DNA of 64,000 nucleotides from sequence record MT028491.1; one strand, 5' to 3'. Shown piece by piece: positions 34,037 to 43,565 of this stretch (position 1 is its first letter; each line of letters starts with the position of its first letter). The notes under the pieces were generated by a model. It saw only the letters and a program-made list of their open reading frames with translations, ran no database searches and was not told where the DNA came from. The position numbers and the translations under genes were made by a program.

Positions 34037-34126
34037 TGGCGCGCTTGGAGAGACTCGAACTCCCATTGATGCTATCGCCTCCAATTACGGTTACTAAGGG
34101 GTAGAAACCCTGACCGGTACAAGCGC
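34037..34126 (-). tRNA. D-armless tRNA-like RNA, probable TCT (Arg) anticodon
   Basis: GCGCTTG/CAAGCGC-G-CCA acceptor, GGGAG-TTCGAGT-CTCTC T-arm, AGGG-TTTCTAC-CCCT hairpin; no D-arm. Confidence 0.75.
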
Positions 34127-34134
34127 TTTGAAGC

Positions 34135-34782
34135 CTAAATTAATTGCTCTGCGATTCGCTTTGCATTCGTCAAATCTTTTTGAGAATCCTTAATGATTCC
34201 GCCCTTGATTACGTAAAACTTTTCTGTAGTTTCCATAATACAAATTTTCTTGGATGCTGCCGTTTTATGTAATCGAGTGGCATCATCATAAGTCCATAGA
34301 ACCACTTTTTCCACTTTTTTACCCTTTACTGATTTGGTAACTGTGGCTATAGGATTTTTCAACCGATTTTTCAAAGTTTCAGAAGTCTTTTTCTTCTGTT
34401 GCTCTGAAACGACTCGACCCTTATTATTAAAGGTCGCGGAACAGTTACTTGAACAAAACTGGTTTCCAGATTTGGTTTTTGTGTTTGCAAAGTTGTTTCT
34501 TACGAACTTTGTTTTGCAGTTAGCACAGACACATTCTGTTGAACCATATCCAGCAGCTTTTGCTATGCCATACGATGCACATTCATGAGTGCAATACATG
34601 TTGGTGGCATTATTTCGAATTCTATCTTGAATTGCTTTCTTGGTTGTATCGAAATTGCAATGACAATAACCGCAAATCAATTTGACCTTTTCGCGGGATT
34701 TGTAACAACTTAGTAGGTCCAAATCATTCTTAATGTCAACAAAAAACAATTTCAATACATCCTTTCGTTTAAATTCAATCAA
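34135..34782 (-). CDS. CxxC zinc-finger repeat protein (resembles homing endonuclease N-terminus; no HNH core seen)
   Basis: CGYC, YCTHEC, CANC, FCSSNCSATFNN. Confidence 0.65.
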   Translation of the reverse strand: MIEFKRKDVLKLFFVDIKNDLDLLSCYKSREKVKLICGYCHCNFDTTKKAIQDRIRNNATNMYCTHECASYGIAKAAGYGSTECVCANCKTKFVRNNFANTKTKSGNQFCSSNCSATFNNKGRVVSEQQKKKTSETLKNRLKNPIATVTKSVKGKKVEKVVLWTYDDATRLHKTAASKKICIMETTEKFYVIKGGIIKDSQKDLTNAKRIAEQLI

Positions 34783-34857
34783 CCATATAGTAAAAGCATG
34801 TTAAACCAACGGCAATTAAAATGACTGCCGGTGGACCTAGAATTAACCAGAATGCAT

Positions 34858-35079
34858 TCATTTTGGCTTCTCATACTCAACAACCACGAATGACGCATAG
34901 TCGCTAGGATCATAAAGATCATGACCAAAACAGTCAATTTGATGGTATTCGGAACTGATATTGATCAAATCAAGATCAATATCGTCTCCCCATTTTTCTT
35001 TGCACTTTTCTATGATAGACGGCAAAGATGTGTCAAATCGGAGATAGAAATGATTTTCGCCATCATCTGGATATTTCAT
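34858..35079 (-). CDS. hypothetical protein
   Basis: 73-aa ORF, overlap-coupled. Confidence 0.65.
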   Translation of the reverse strand: MKYPDDGENHFYLRFDTSLPSIIEKCKEKWGDDIDLDLINISSEYHQIDCFGHDLYDPSDYASFVVVEYEKPK

Positions 35080-35300
35080 TTCTTTTTTCCTACCTCAACA
35101 CGTTCAATACGATGATAAGGATAATGCGTTGCAACACCTTTAATTTTCGTATTGATACCACCCATCTTGATTTTGAACATCATCGCATCAATTTCTTCAT
35201 TGGCAACAGGAACAGATACATACCCGCCGCCAACGATATAGACATGAAGATAAAGCTGTTCTTTTTTGGATGAAAACAACTCACTAAACTTCATTTTCAA
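35076..35300 (-). CDS. hypothetical protein
   Basis: 74-aa ORF. Confidence 0.65.
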   Translation of the reverse strand: MKMKFSELFSSKKEQLYLHVYIVGGGYVSVPVANEEIDAMMFKIKMGGINTKIKGVATHYPYHRIERVEVGKKK

Positions 35301-35833
35301 TCCTTAGCCTTAGCGAAAAAGTCATCGACCGTCATGATGTTTGGATGCTTGTAAGTTACCTTAACTCCACCCTTACGCGGATGCTTGTTAGCATAGAAGA
35401 AATCAGTAGTCGAAAACTTATATCCACGATAGATAAAGCTTGCCTTACCTTCTTCACGATGTTCCTTAGCAATTTCCATCATTTCGGCCTTGACCGTTTC
35501 AAGCTGGCCAATAATAGGAATGACCGCATTATGAATGCGAAGGATAAGACGTTCCTTTTCAGCCTTTTCAAAGGCTTTCATGGTCTTCTTATGAATCTTC
35601 ATACGCGAAGCATAATCATCATTGGCCAGTTGCTTACCCTCTTTGGCAGTCTTAACAGTGCCAATGAATGAGCCTTGACCATAGACGTTATAAACGCCCT
35701 TGTTGCCAACCCAACCATGAAATTCAAGTTCATACTGACCAAACGGAGTTGGAGCAATATAATCCTTCTTTCGCGTCCCTTGACGTGACCACTGCAAATC
35801 AGACATAACAAAAACCTCTTTAGGTTGTTTCAC
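35297..35833 (-). CDS. hypothetical protein
   Basis: 178-aa ORF. Confidence 0.7.
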   Translation of the reverse strand: MKQPKEVFVMSDLQWSRQGTRKKDYIAPTPFGQYELEFHGWVGNKGVYNVYGQGSFIGTVKTAKEGKQLANDDYASRMKIHKKTMKAFEKAEKERLILRIHNAVIPIIGQLETVKAEMMEIAKEHREEGKASFIYRGYKFSTTDFFYANKHPRKGGVKVTYKHPNIMTVDDFFAKAKD

Positions 35834-35868
35834 TATGGCTTAGTATATAGACTACTATTTATATAAGA

Positions 35869-36381
35869 TCAAGCCTTATTTTCATCGTTTTCTATATCTT
35901 TTTTCCATTCATCAAACTTAGCTTTTCGCTCTTGCCAACTACCATTCTTCTCAACATAACGCTTTTCAGCCTCTATATCAAAAATGGTTCCTTCCTTGGC
36001 AAGTTTGGCAACAGCATCAAAATGCTTCAACAAATCGTCAAAGTCAGTTGTAATATAGGTTGCCTTGCGTTGATGGATGTTGTTCACATCAGCCGGGAAT
36101 TTATTAACATCTAGACAAGCATCAGAAAACATAGCCATATGCCATGCAACAAAATATTCATCAGGACGAACCGCCATTCCATCGAATTCAATAGAAGCTT
36201 TCAAACCCCTGTGAAAAGTCAAGTCAAGGAAGATATTCTTTGAACCTATATTAGACTGATCATAATAACCGCCGTGTCGTCTTGTGACATCGACAATCAT
36301 TTCAACCATTTTATGTCTATCTTCTCTTCGCTTTTCTGTAAGCTTTGACATGGTTTCTTCCATCCTAGTTTGAAATTCCAA
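35869..36381 (-). CDS. hypothetical protein
   Basis: 170-aa ORF; real start probably MSKLTE. Confidence 0.7.
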   Translation of the reverse strand: MEFQTRMEETMSKLTEKRREDRHKMVEMIVDVTRRHGGYYDQSNIGSKNIFLDLTFHRGLKASIEFDGMAVRPDEYFVAWHMAMFSDACLDVNKFPADVNNIHQRKATYITTDFDDLLKHFDAVAKLAKEGTIFDIEAEKRYVEKNGSWQERKAKFDEWKKDIENDENKA

Positions 36382-36488
36382 TCATAACAAAGTGGATAGC
36401 CATAAGACGTATCGTATCGGACTTCCTTTACGAAAAGAAATGGAATGAGTTTGACTCTATTCCAATCACTTTCAACTTTAATGGCCAT
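36297..36488 (-). CDS. hypothetical protein
   Basis: 63 aa, AGGTAG RBS. Confidence 0.5.
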   Translation of the reverse strand: MAIKVESDWNRVKLIPFLFVKEVRYDTSYGYPLCYDWNFKLGWKKPCQSLQKSEEKIDIKWLK

Positions 36489-36501
36489 AATTCTACCTTA
36501 T

Positions 36502-36747
36502 TTAAGAGTGTAGGACAAACTCCACAACATCACCAGCCCGTTCTTTTGCCATGAAGCCGACTCGATCCCACGACCAATCAACCTCAAATGCCAGTGTGTT
36601 TTCGATTACTTGACCATCCCGCAACTTTACAGTCACGCGATCCATCCAATTCACAGGACAACCCATACCATTATATGGCTTTACAATCACTGCCGGGGTA
36701 ATAGGCTGTTCCTGTTTCTTAGTCTTAAACTTCTCTATAATCTTCAT
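36502..36747 (-). CDS. hypothetical protein
   Basis: start MKIIEKF after GGGGAGA RBS. Confidence 0.6.
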   Translation of the reverse strand: MKIIEKFKTKKQEQPITPAVIVKPYNGMGCPVNWMDRVTVKLRDGQVIENTLAFEVDWSWDRVGFMAKERAGDVVEFVLHS

Positions 36748-36940
36748 AATTCTCCCCATCCAATCCAATCGTTTCCAGATAGTATTCCTGATAGGACATA
36801 TGAGTACCCGATTCGTTAAAACGAAACACAGGCATTTCAATCCAAGAATCAGAACCATTCAAGGAAACAACTGGTTTAAAAAAGACATCGTGAAAGGTCT
36901 TCATGACACAATCCTTATTTGAGATTTTTGATAGCTTCAA
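36725..36940 (-). CDS. hypothetical protein
   Basis: real start probably MKTFHD. Confidence 0.5.
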   Translation of the reverse strand: MKLSKISNKDCVMKTFHDVFFKPVVSLNGSDSWIEMPVFRFNESGTHMSYQEYYLETIGLDGENYEDYREV

Positions 36941-37087
36941 TCAATCGGTATTTAGCCTTGTCTTTCTTGATTTCAGCATCCATTAAATCTTTTGCCACCC
37001 AACCATCAGACAATTCACCAGAATACCGATCAACGGCTTCTTCAAATTCGTCAATGAGTGTCAAAATATGATCGATCTTCATGGCGC

Positions 37088-37363
37088 TTACTTAATATAG
37101 TGAACGCGGTGCATTTCCCAAACGACCATGATTTCATCAGCATCATAGTCAAAGCGAAGAGTTTTGCCGTCAACATCTTTGGTTACAACTTCACCATCGC
37201 GCTTCCATCCCGAAAGACTGATAGCAATATCAGGAGTCACATCACGCCAATTTTCGTTCTGGTATGTCCAAGCTGCTGCAACAAACGGTTCACCAATAAA
37301 ATCTTTCATCCACTGTGGCGCATTTTCAAAACCAACTACACAACCACCACTTGAAGCTTCCAT
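37088..37363 (-). CDS. hypothetical protein
   Basis: 91 aa, GAGAAGGA RBS. Confidence 0.65.
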   Translation of the reverse strand: MEASSGGCVVGFENAPQWMKDFIGEPFVAAAWTYQNENWRDVTPDIAISLSGWKRDGEVVTKDVDGKTLRFDYDADEIMVVWEMHRVHYIK

Positions 37364-37380
37364 GTCAATATTCCTTCTCT

Positions 37381-37530
37381 TTAGATTGTGTCCATATAGT
37401 CGGTGAAAGCCGCACGTGGGCTAAGACCTTCCTTGAAGATTTCAGGCCATTCCCAACCAGTAGTGGAAACGTCAATACCAACTTCAAGAAAGTGTATCGA
37501 AAGTTCTGAATACCACTGTTCGAAAGTCAT
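37381..37530 (-). CDS. 49-aa small protein (not in ORF track)
   Basis: MTFEQWYSELSIHF...YMDTI with AAAGGT RBS and promoter near 37595. Confidence 0.55.
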   Translation of the reverse strand: MTFEQWYSELSIHFLEVGIDVSTTGWEWPEIFKEGLSPRAAFTDYMDTI

Positions 37531-37761
37531 TTTCGTAAACCTTTATGTTTGGTTTGTTTCTGATAATCCAAATATGTCAGATGTTAATTAGAATGTCAAA
37601 CATAAAAAATGACATATAGGATAAAAAATATGGATAGAATGAGTAGTAATCTAAATGGTAATGCTTTCATAAATTCTCCCTTATAGGCAAAATAAAACCG
37701 CCGCTAATGTTTTACCAAAAGCGACGGTTAAAGATCAATAAGATTTTGCAGTCTTGCTTGA

Positions 37762-38070
37762 TTACGCCTTTTCGTTGTATTCAAGAGGAACCCGCCATAC
37801 ACGAACGCCGCCCTTGCTGTTCTTGCCTTCGGCTGGAACTTCGGTAACGACAAACTTCATATTATGACGCTTTCCGAAGGTATAAGCTGACTGGTAAACG
37901 GACTTGAAAGCCTTGTCTGTCACCAGAAAGCTATCATTGATGTCCATCGTTCCGTAAGGATAAATGCTTGCCTTACCCTTACGCTTTTGCTTCGGAAGTT
38001 CAATTCCCTTTTCGATCTTATACATGATGCATTTCTCCATGTTTGTTTCGATGATTCGGTATATAGTCAC
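37762..38070 (-). CDS. small basic putative DNA-binding phage protein
   Basis: KIEKGIELPK...YPYGTMDINDSFLV...GVRVWRV pattern common in phages. Confidence 0.65.
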   Translation of the reverse strand: MTIYRIIETNMEKCIMYKIEKGIELPKQKRKGKASIYPYGTMDINDSFLVTDKAFKSVYQSAYTFGKRHNMKFVVTEVPAEGKNSKGGVRVWRVPLEYNEKA

Positions 38071-38879
38071 TTTTTTTGCACTGTCAACATCTTTTTTAAA
38101 TTTTCCCCAAATAATTTACCAAACTTTATATTCAAACCCTCAATTGATTCGTGACAATCGATGCAGTTAAGAAAACGAGGAACACTAATGTCGTCATCTT
38201 CATACACCAGAATTTCATCAATTAAAAAATTTGCATTGTTTAAGTTTGTTACGGGTAAAACTTCATTGTATTCAGATGTTCGTACTCTTAACGCCGTCTC
38301 TGAGAATTGGTTCCATGTTTCGATAAAAAAATCTCTAGAAAATGTATAAGGAGAAAAACCAAAAACTAATGCTCCACCAACTCGGCAAATTATGTCGCCA
38401 TTTGCCAAAACGAAAACACTGTCCGGTGTTAACTCATAATCATCACATATTTCCTTGGTTTTATCAACGTTTACCATTGAATTTGCCATAAGTAAGAACC
38501 AATGAAGGTTGCAAACATAAGGCAAATTTGATCGACTTATCCCTTTATGCCTAGGATAGACTTTACCACCACTCGAATGTTGAACTTGCCATTTAGAAAA
38601 ATTTACATTCTTATCAAGCTTGCCTAAATGAAAATTCAATCTGGTTAGCGAAATGGAGAAACCACCCTCGCCATTTGGATTATTTTCTTTTGCCTCTTGT
38701 GTATGAAGCATACTCTCAAGGGAATAGAAGGCACCAGCCCAAAGATTGCAATCTATGGTTTGACCGGAATAGTCCAATAAGAATCGGTCGTCATCACGAA
38801 GGCGAAAATGGAATAATCCACAATTCTTTCGAATGTCTGGAATCAATTCCGCCGCACCATCTATTCCTAACCTATTCAT
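38067..38879 (-). CDS. hypothetical protein
   Basis: 270-aa ORF. Confidence 0.65.
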   Translation of the reverse strand: MNRLGIDGAAELIPDIRKNCGLFHFRLRDDDRFLLDYSGQTIDCNLWAGAFYSLESMLHTQEAKENNPNGEGGFSISLTRLNFHLGKLDKNVNFSKWQVQHSSGGKVYPRHKGISRSNLPYVCNLHWFLLMANSMVNVDKTKEICDDYELTPDSVFVLANGDIICRVGGALVFGFSPYTFSRDFFIETWNQFSETALRVRTSEYNEVLPVTNLNNANFLIDEILVYEDDDISVPRFLNCIDCHESIEGLNIKFGKLFGENLKKMLTVQKK

Positions 38880-39367
38880 AATTTAAGCAATCCCCTGTGT
38901 GTTTCTAATATAGTATCAAATACCTTCATTAAAAGATGGTGTCTTTCATCGTAATCAGAGACAGAAATTTCATATTCAGTGGTTTCATCCCATACATCGT
39001 CCAATCTTACATATTGTGAAACTAAAAGTCCATCTTTCAAAGGTCTGAAAGTTGTATAAGATATACGATTATCACTATAATAATGATTGACACATGTGAT
39101 GGTAAGTTCTTGATTGGGATAAACTTTAAGGATGTTTTTATATTGATCATCCTCCCATTCCATTTCTACTTTCACATCGTTACAGTCAACAAATTTTACT
39201 TTTTCAATGTTCATAAAACCCTTTACCATAAAGAAATTTATGTCACTGTCTATATTCAAATAATAGACCGGATCGCCTCCCTTATCTATAAATTCAACGT
39301 ATGAAGGGTAGTATATTTTCCATGTCTGATTATTAACATATTGCAATTTTTGAGAATTAGTAGCCAT
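38876..39367 (-). CDS. orphan protein, C-terminal FxxIxxxH family
   Basis: VEMEW; ends VFDTILETHRGLL. Confidence 0.65.
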   Translation of the reverse strand: MATNSQKLQYVNNQTWKIYYPSYVEFIDKGGDPVYYLNIDSDINFFMVKGFMNIEKVKFVDCNDVKVEMEWEDDQYKNILKVYPNQELTITCVNHYYSDNRISYTTFRPLKDGLLVSQYVRLDDVWDETTEYEISVSDYDERHHLLMKVFDTILETHRGLLKL

Positions 39368-39818
39368 GACTGTTTCGCAATCCCTTTAAAATTTGTATGA
39401 TTGGATAGGCAATATCGTCTTTTAATTGAATATCTTGGTTGTTAATTTCAACCCCGTAATATCTCAACTTATCTCCCCCATCCCACTGCAATCGTTGGTG
39501 TTTATCAGAAAATGAAGTGATAAAGGTAACTCCATCAGCCGCCACTAATATTTCAATTTTATTGTAATTTCCTTCATGCCAAAAGAGCTTTATCCATTCT
39601 GAATCATAAGTGTCCTGATACTGTTCAAACACTGCGACATCTTTGATGTAATAGACAGATATAGGAATTATGAATTTAATGTTCCTGTCTGCAATAGGAA
39701 ACTTGATAATAACCCTAGCAAACCTTGAACCTATATCGGTTACAGTTCCCATCTTGTGCTTTTCAAGAATAGTTTTAGCTTCTTTAACAAATTTGTTGCT
39801 ATAGTTAAGTAACACCAT
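39357..39818 (-). CDS. orphan protein, C-terminal FxxIxxxH family
   Basis: IKLFW; ends ILKGLRNSH. Confidence 0.65.
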   Translation of the reverse strand: MVLLNYSNKFVKEAKTILEKHKMGTVTDIGSRFARVIIKFPIADRNIKFIIPISVYYIKDVAVFEQYQDTYDSEWIKLFWHEGNYNKIEILVAADGVTFITSFSDKHQRLQWDGGDKLRYYGVEINNQDIQLKDDIAYPIIQILKGLRNSHGY

Positions 39819-39837
39819 AATATTTCACCCGATAAAG

Positions 39838-40305
39838 TCATTTGACCAGCTTCCTATGATTATCGACCATCTTTTGAAAAACATACGAAACAACATCAAA
39901 TAGTTCATCACTACCTTTATTGTAAATTGCTCTTGTAATCCCATCAACGCTAAACATCACATAGCGCTTACAACATACAATAACATGTTGTTTACTATTT
40001 AAATAATAATGAAAAGAATACATATCCCCTTCTTCAACCTTCAAATAGTCTTTTGAAGTTGCGGCGCTATAATGAAATAGGTAATAATAGGGATATTTAA
40101 TATAGCCAGATACTATTTTGGAAGATTTGTCCGGTTCATTAAAAAGGAAGTCTGGAATCCAGAATGTGAATCCTATATCTTTTCCACCCTTCCAACCAAT
40201 ATACTTATAATTGTGGTTAAGGGTATATCCATTGGATATAAAAAATGTCATACCAAGACCCTTGATCTTATTCATTTCAAAAACAATGTCTGCAAGATTC
40301 ACCAT
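39838..40305 (-). CDS. orphan protein, C-terminal FxxIxxxH family
   Basis: ends VFQKMVDNHRKLVK. Confidence 0.65.
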   Translation of the reverse strand: MVNLADIVFEMNKIKGLGMTFFISNGYTLNHNYKYIGWKGGKDIGFTFWIPDFLFNEPDKSSKIVSGYIKYPYYYLFHYSAATSKDYLKVEEGDMYSFHYYLNSKQHVIVCCKRYVMFSVDGITRAIYNKGSDELFDVVSYVFQKMVDNHRKLVK

Positions 40306-40378
40306 ACAAAAAGCCCTTCGGATACCTGATAATTTTTACATCAGATAACCCAAGGGCTTAACAAAGTCAATTACTATT

Positions 40379-40831
40379 TCAGTGTTGAAGTTTTTTATGC
40401 TCAAGAACTATCCAGTTGAATAGGGTTTCACAAAACTCATATTGCTTTTCTCCCCTAATATAAAACTTCTGATAACACTCTATATGATCGATAGTGATAG
40501 AAGCAAAATTCAAGACTGGATATAGGTTAAGAGTTACGGTTGCTCCATCCACGATTTGTGTGAGGGATCGGAACCCGTTAACATTGATCGTCATTCGGGC
40601 TAAGCGGTCGCCAGATTTGGGATCATACCAAGTCAACGACACTTCATCCTTATAAAACGAATCTTTTTCGTTCATATTGATTTTTGCTGTTGACGTATCG
40701 AAAATATTCCGAAGCAATTTGAAAGGAACAGTTTTATGATGTGAATTCTTGTCGAAATCTGTTTCAAACAGAAATGTTTCGTTATCGATTGTTCTGGTTG
40801 GCAGAACCTTCCTCACTGGTATAAACGTCAT
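40379..40831 (-). CDS. orphan protein, C-terminal FxxIxxxH family
   Basis: VSLTW; ends LFNWIVLEHKKLQH. Confidence 0.65.
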   Translation of the reverse strand: MTFIPVRKVLPTRTIDNETFLFETDFDKNSHHKTVPFKLLRNIFDTSTAKINMNEKDSFYKDEVSLTWYDPKSGDRLARMTINVNGFRSLTQIVDGATVTLNLYPVLNFASITIDHIECYQKFYIRGEKQYEFCETLFNWIVLEHKKLQH

Positions 40832-40872
40832 AGGGATTCCCTTTTTTCAAGACAAAGTTATCCTGATAACGT

Positions 40873-41769
40873 TTATACCTGATTTTCAGTTCCCTTACAA
40901 ATTTTCTGATAGGCAACTCTATGGCAATCTAGAATTAAATCCTTGATAACACCAATCACTTCACCCTCAATTTTTTTGGTATCTTCGGCGTGTAATTGAA
41001 CTCTACCATCATTATAAACTGTCATTATACCACCATACAAGCTATCATATATGCTTGAAAATGGCCTGCAATAATCTTGCATTATGTAAACGCAATCTGA
41101 TTTAAAATCAAAAAATATGTTTTTCAATTCTAGAAAATCAGATGAAAACTCCATTAATTGACAATCATCATCTTGGACATAAATTGAACCATCAGTTGTA
41201 ACGAACAAGGGATTGGCTTCACCAACGTCAATCAAAGCATTTATTTCATTGGTGTTAGCCATATCAATAGTACCAATGACGGAATTAATATATGTCCACA
41301 TTGTAAAGTGTATATCACATAAATTCATTCCATCTAAAGATTGCATATCAAGTTTACGTGGATACATCATGTAATACAAATCTTTTGACACATAAGATGC
41401 ATTAATTAATGTATGAAATACTTCATTGTCTTTTTCTTTACATTGAATTATTAAATCAAATTTAGACAATAATACTTTATATACATATTCTTTCACATTA
41501 TCAGTATTATTTTTGTCAGTACAATATCCATAGAGTAAAAAATTATACATTGCAACGTTAGGAGAACCCAATCTTGTTCGTACTGAAAAAGAATTCGGAA
41601 CGCTACTTGGAAGACCAATTGAATAATAAAAATGTTCTGTTTTCAAATTCAATTCGCTATGATTCTCATGAAAAGTCATGCCACTGCGATTAAGATATGG
41701 CCAGTGAATATTTCTCTGGTTCTTTGATACATTTCGACTAGCCACAAAACTTTCATGTACCTTGTTCAC
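40873..41769 (-). CDS. orphan protein, C-terminal FxxIxxxH family
   Basis: 298 aa; ends IKDLILDCHRVAY... Confidence 0.65.
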   Translation of the reverse strand: MNKVHESFVASRNVSKNQRNIHWPYLNRSGMTFHENHSELNLKTEHFYYSIGLPSSVPNSFSVRTRLGSPNVAMYNFLLYGYCTDKNNTDNVKEYVYKVLLSKFDLIIQCKEKDNEVFHTLINASYVSKDLYYMMYPRKLDMQSLDGMNLCDIHFTMWTYINSVIGTIDMANTNEINALIDVGEANPLFVTTDGSIYVQDDDCQLMEFSSDFLELKNIFFDFKSDCVYIMQDYCRPFSSIYDSLYGGIMTVYNDGRVQLHAEDTKKIEGEVIGVIKDLILDCHRVAYQKICKGTENQV

Positions 41770-42425
41770 TTAAACAGCCTTTCAAAATCCTTGACGACAA
41801 CCTTGAAAACTTCGTCATGTGACAGAGCCGCATATTGTTGTTTTGGACCACCTTCCAAAATATATTCGATATCACAAAATGAATGACTGATCGATTCAAG
41901 GTGATCACTGAAATCGGCCCCAAATACCCCACGGCAATATTCTACTGCTATCTTATTGGCCTCATATTCCCATGGAAGTGTCATATATTCGTGAGACGCC
42001 AATATTGATGTTTTGGTGTTATAATATTTGCCATCCCAACAACAAACCGAATAGCTGATATTGTTAAGTCTCTTTTCATGGTACTGTTTAAAGTGTGCAA
42101 TCTCATGCGCAATCATATAAATGATCGCCTCTTCTCTATGCTTGAAACCGCCTTTGAACAATCCATACAATACATGATAGAAATTGCTGACAATATTAAG
42201 ACGATAGACATTATTGTCTTTATCGTACTGGATTGCCGAACCATTAAGAGAATCTTTGAATTTTCGGTTATAGGTGTGAGTGAAGAGAATCGTAATGTCT
42301 TCCTCACCTAGACCAGCCATGTCTACAATCTGGTTGCAGTGATTAATGACTTGTGATTCAGAAAGGCCGCTATTTTCAAAAAACTTTCTGCATTTAAATG
42401 ACATATTATAATAAAACAAATTCAA
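41766..42425 (-). CDS. putative zinc metallopeptidase (HExxH)
   Basis: MIAHEIAHFKQ ... LPWEYEA. Confidence 0.7.
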   Translation of the reverse strand: MNLFYYNMSFKCRKFFENSGLSESQVINHCNQIVDMAGLGEEDITILFTHTYNRKFKDSLNGSAIQYDKDNNVYRLNIVSNFYHVLYGLFKGGFKHREEAIIYMIAHEIAHFKQYHEKRLNNISYSVCCWDGKYYNTKTSILASHEYMTLPWEYEANKIAVEYCRGVFGADFSDHLESISHSFCDIEYILEGGPKQQYAALSHDEVFKVVVKDFERLFK

Positions 42426-42898
42426 CCCCTCTTAAAGTATTCTAAATGATACTGCCAAATCTGATCAAGAATTCTTTTTAATAACTCATTCATATGATTG
42501 GTGACTACAATAACGTCATCTGATAGAAAGATATGCTTATCTTTTTCATCCCAACCAATAAGAACTTCCCTGTCTCTTGTACCATGCCGTTCGTAATAAC
42601 ACATACCAACTTCATTAATTATTAAATTATATTTCCAATTACTCGAATTTCTAAACCATTCAAAACTAATTGTTGGGTATTGACTATACTCATAGTCATG
42701 AGATTTGGCATTAGAAATATCGAAAATTTCGAACGGAAGGCATATACTTCTACTATAGACGTTCCCATTATCATAATCACTTAGGTTATCATCTGCAATG
42801 GCAATTATGACATATCCATCATATAGACTAACAGTCATATGATCTTCATTTTTGTATTTTTCATAAAAATGAGATACGTTCTTTGGAAAGTCTGCCAC
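42422..42898 (-). CDS. orphan protein, C-terminal FxxIxxxH family
   Basis: ISFEW; ends ILDQIWQYHLEYF. Confidence 0.65.
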   Translation of the reverse strand: MADFPKNVSHFYEKYKNEDHMTVSLYDGYVIIAIADDNLSDYDNGNVYSRSICLPFEIFDISNAKSHDYEYSQYPTISFEWFRNSSNWKYNLIINEVGMCYYERHGTRDREVLIGWDEKDKHIFLSDDVIVVTNHMNELLKRILDQIWQYHLEYFKRG

Positions 42899-42971
42899 AC
42901 TACACCCTAAAATAAAAGACTATGTTCAAGTCAACTTTATAGCTAACCTAAACATAGTCTGTCAAGTAATT

Positions 42972-43238
42972 TTAACCTAATCTCATACCTTCTGTACCGA
43001 AGGCATCGTTTGCTTCAAGATCGGAAAGTTCTTCCAAAAACGGAATAAAATCATCGAAAATGAAGCGCCCGGTTTCCTTTGATTCCTCAAGCAATTCATT
43101 GAAGTTCTCACGAAGTTCCGAATAGTATTCGTCTTCGTCGGCCAGCCTATCCACATATTTCTTAACTTTATCTAGAATAGCTTCAAGACGTTCTGTCTTT
43201 AGATCATCAAAAATTTCAATAAAATCGTATAAATTCAT
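42972..43238 (-). CDS. acidic hypothetical protein
   Basis: 88 aa; ends DAFGTEG. Confidence 0.7.
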   Translation of the reverse strand: MNLYDFIEIFDDLKTERLEAILDKVKKYVDRLADEDEYYSELRENFNELLEESKETGRFIFDDFIPFLEELSDLEANDAFGTEGMRLG

Positions 43239-43565
43239 TTAAATATATTATCACTTTCTCAATTCATGCTTGATATCTTCAAGTTCATCAAGCATGTTCT
43301 CATAATCTTTTTTAATAAAATCAATAGTCTTATAAAAACCGTCATTGTTAATCTTGATCACTATTGACGCGATGATTAACCACACGACACAGGCAAAAAA
43401 CATGCCTAAGAAAAACATTAATTGCACTTAGTACCTTTCATTCTTTGATTGCTAATAAAACTCCATGTTGCCAATATGAAAACAGCGATAAGCTGATACA
43501 CAGGTTGTGGCGAGCAAAATGCCACAAACCATAATAGAACATAAAAATCTAATTCTTGATCCACT

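Noticed and set aside
34095-34112. CUA in the hairpin loop of the D-armless RNA, a possible amber suppressor or Pyl-type tRNA
   Set aside because: The 7-nt loop register centres on UCU, not CUA. Genes end normally at TAG, with no sign of stop-codon recoding.
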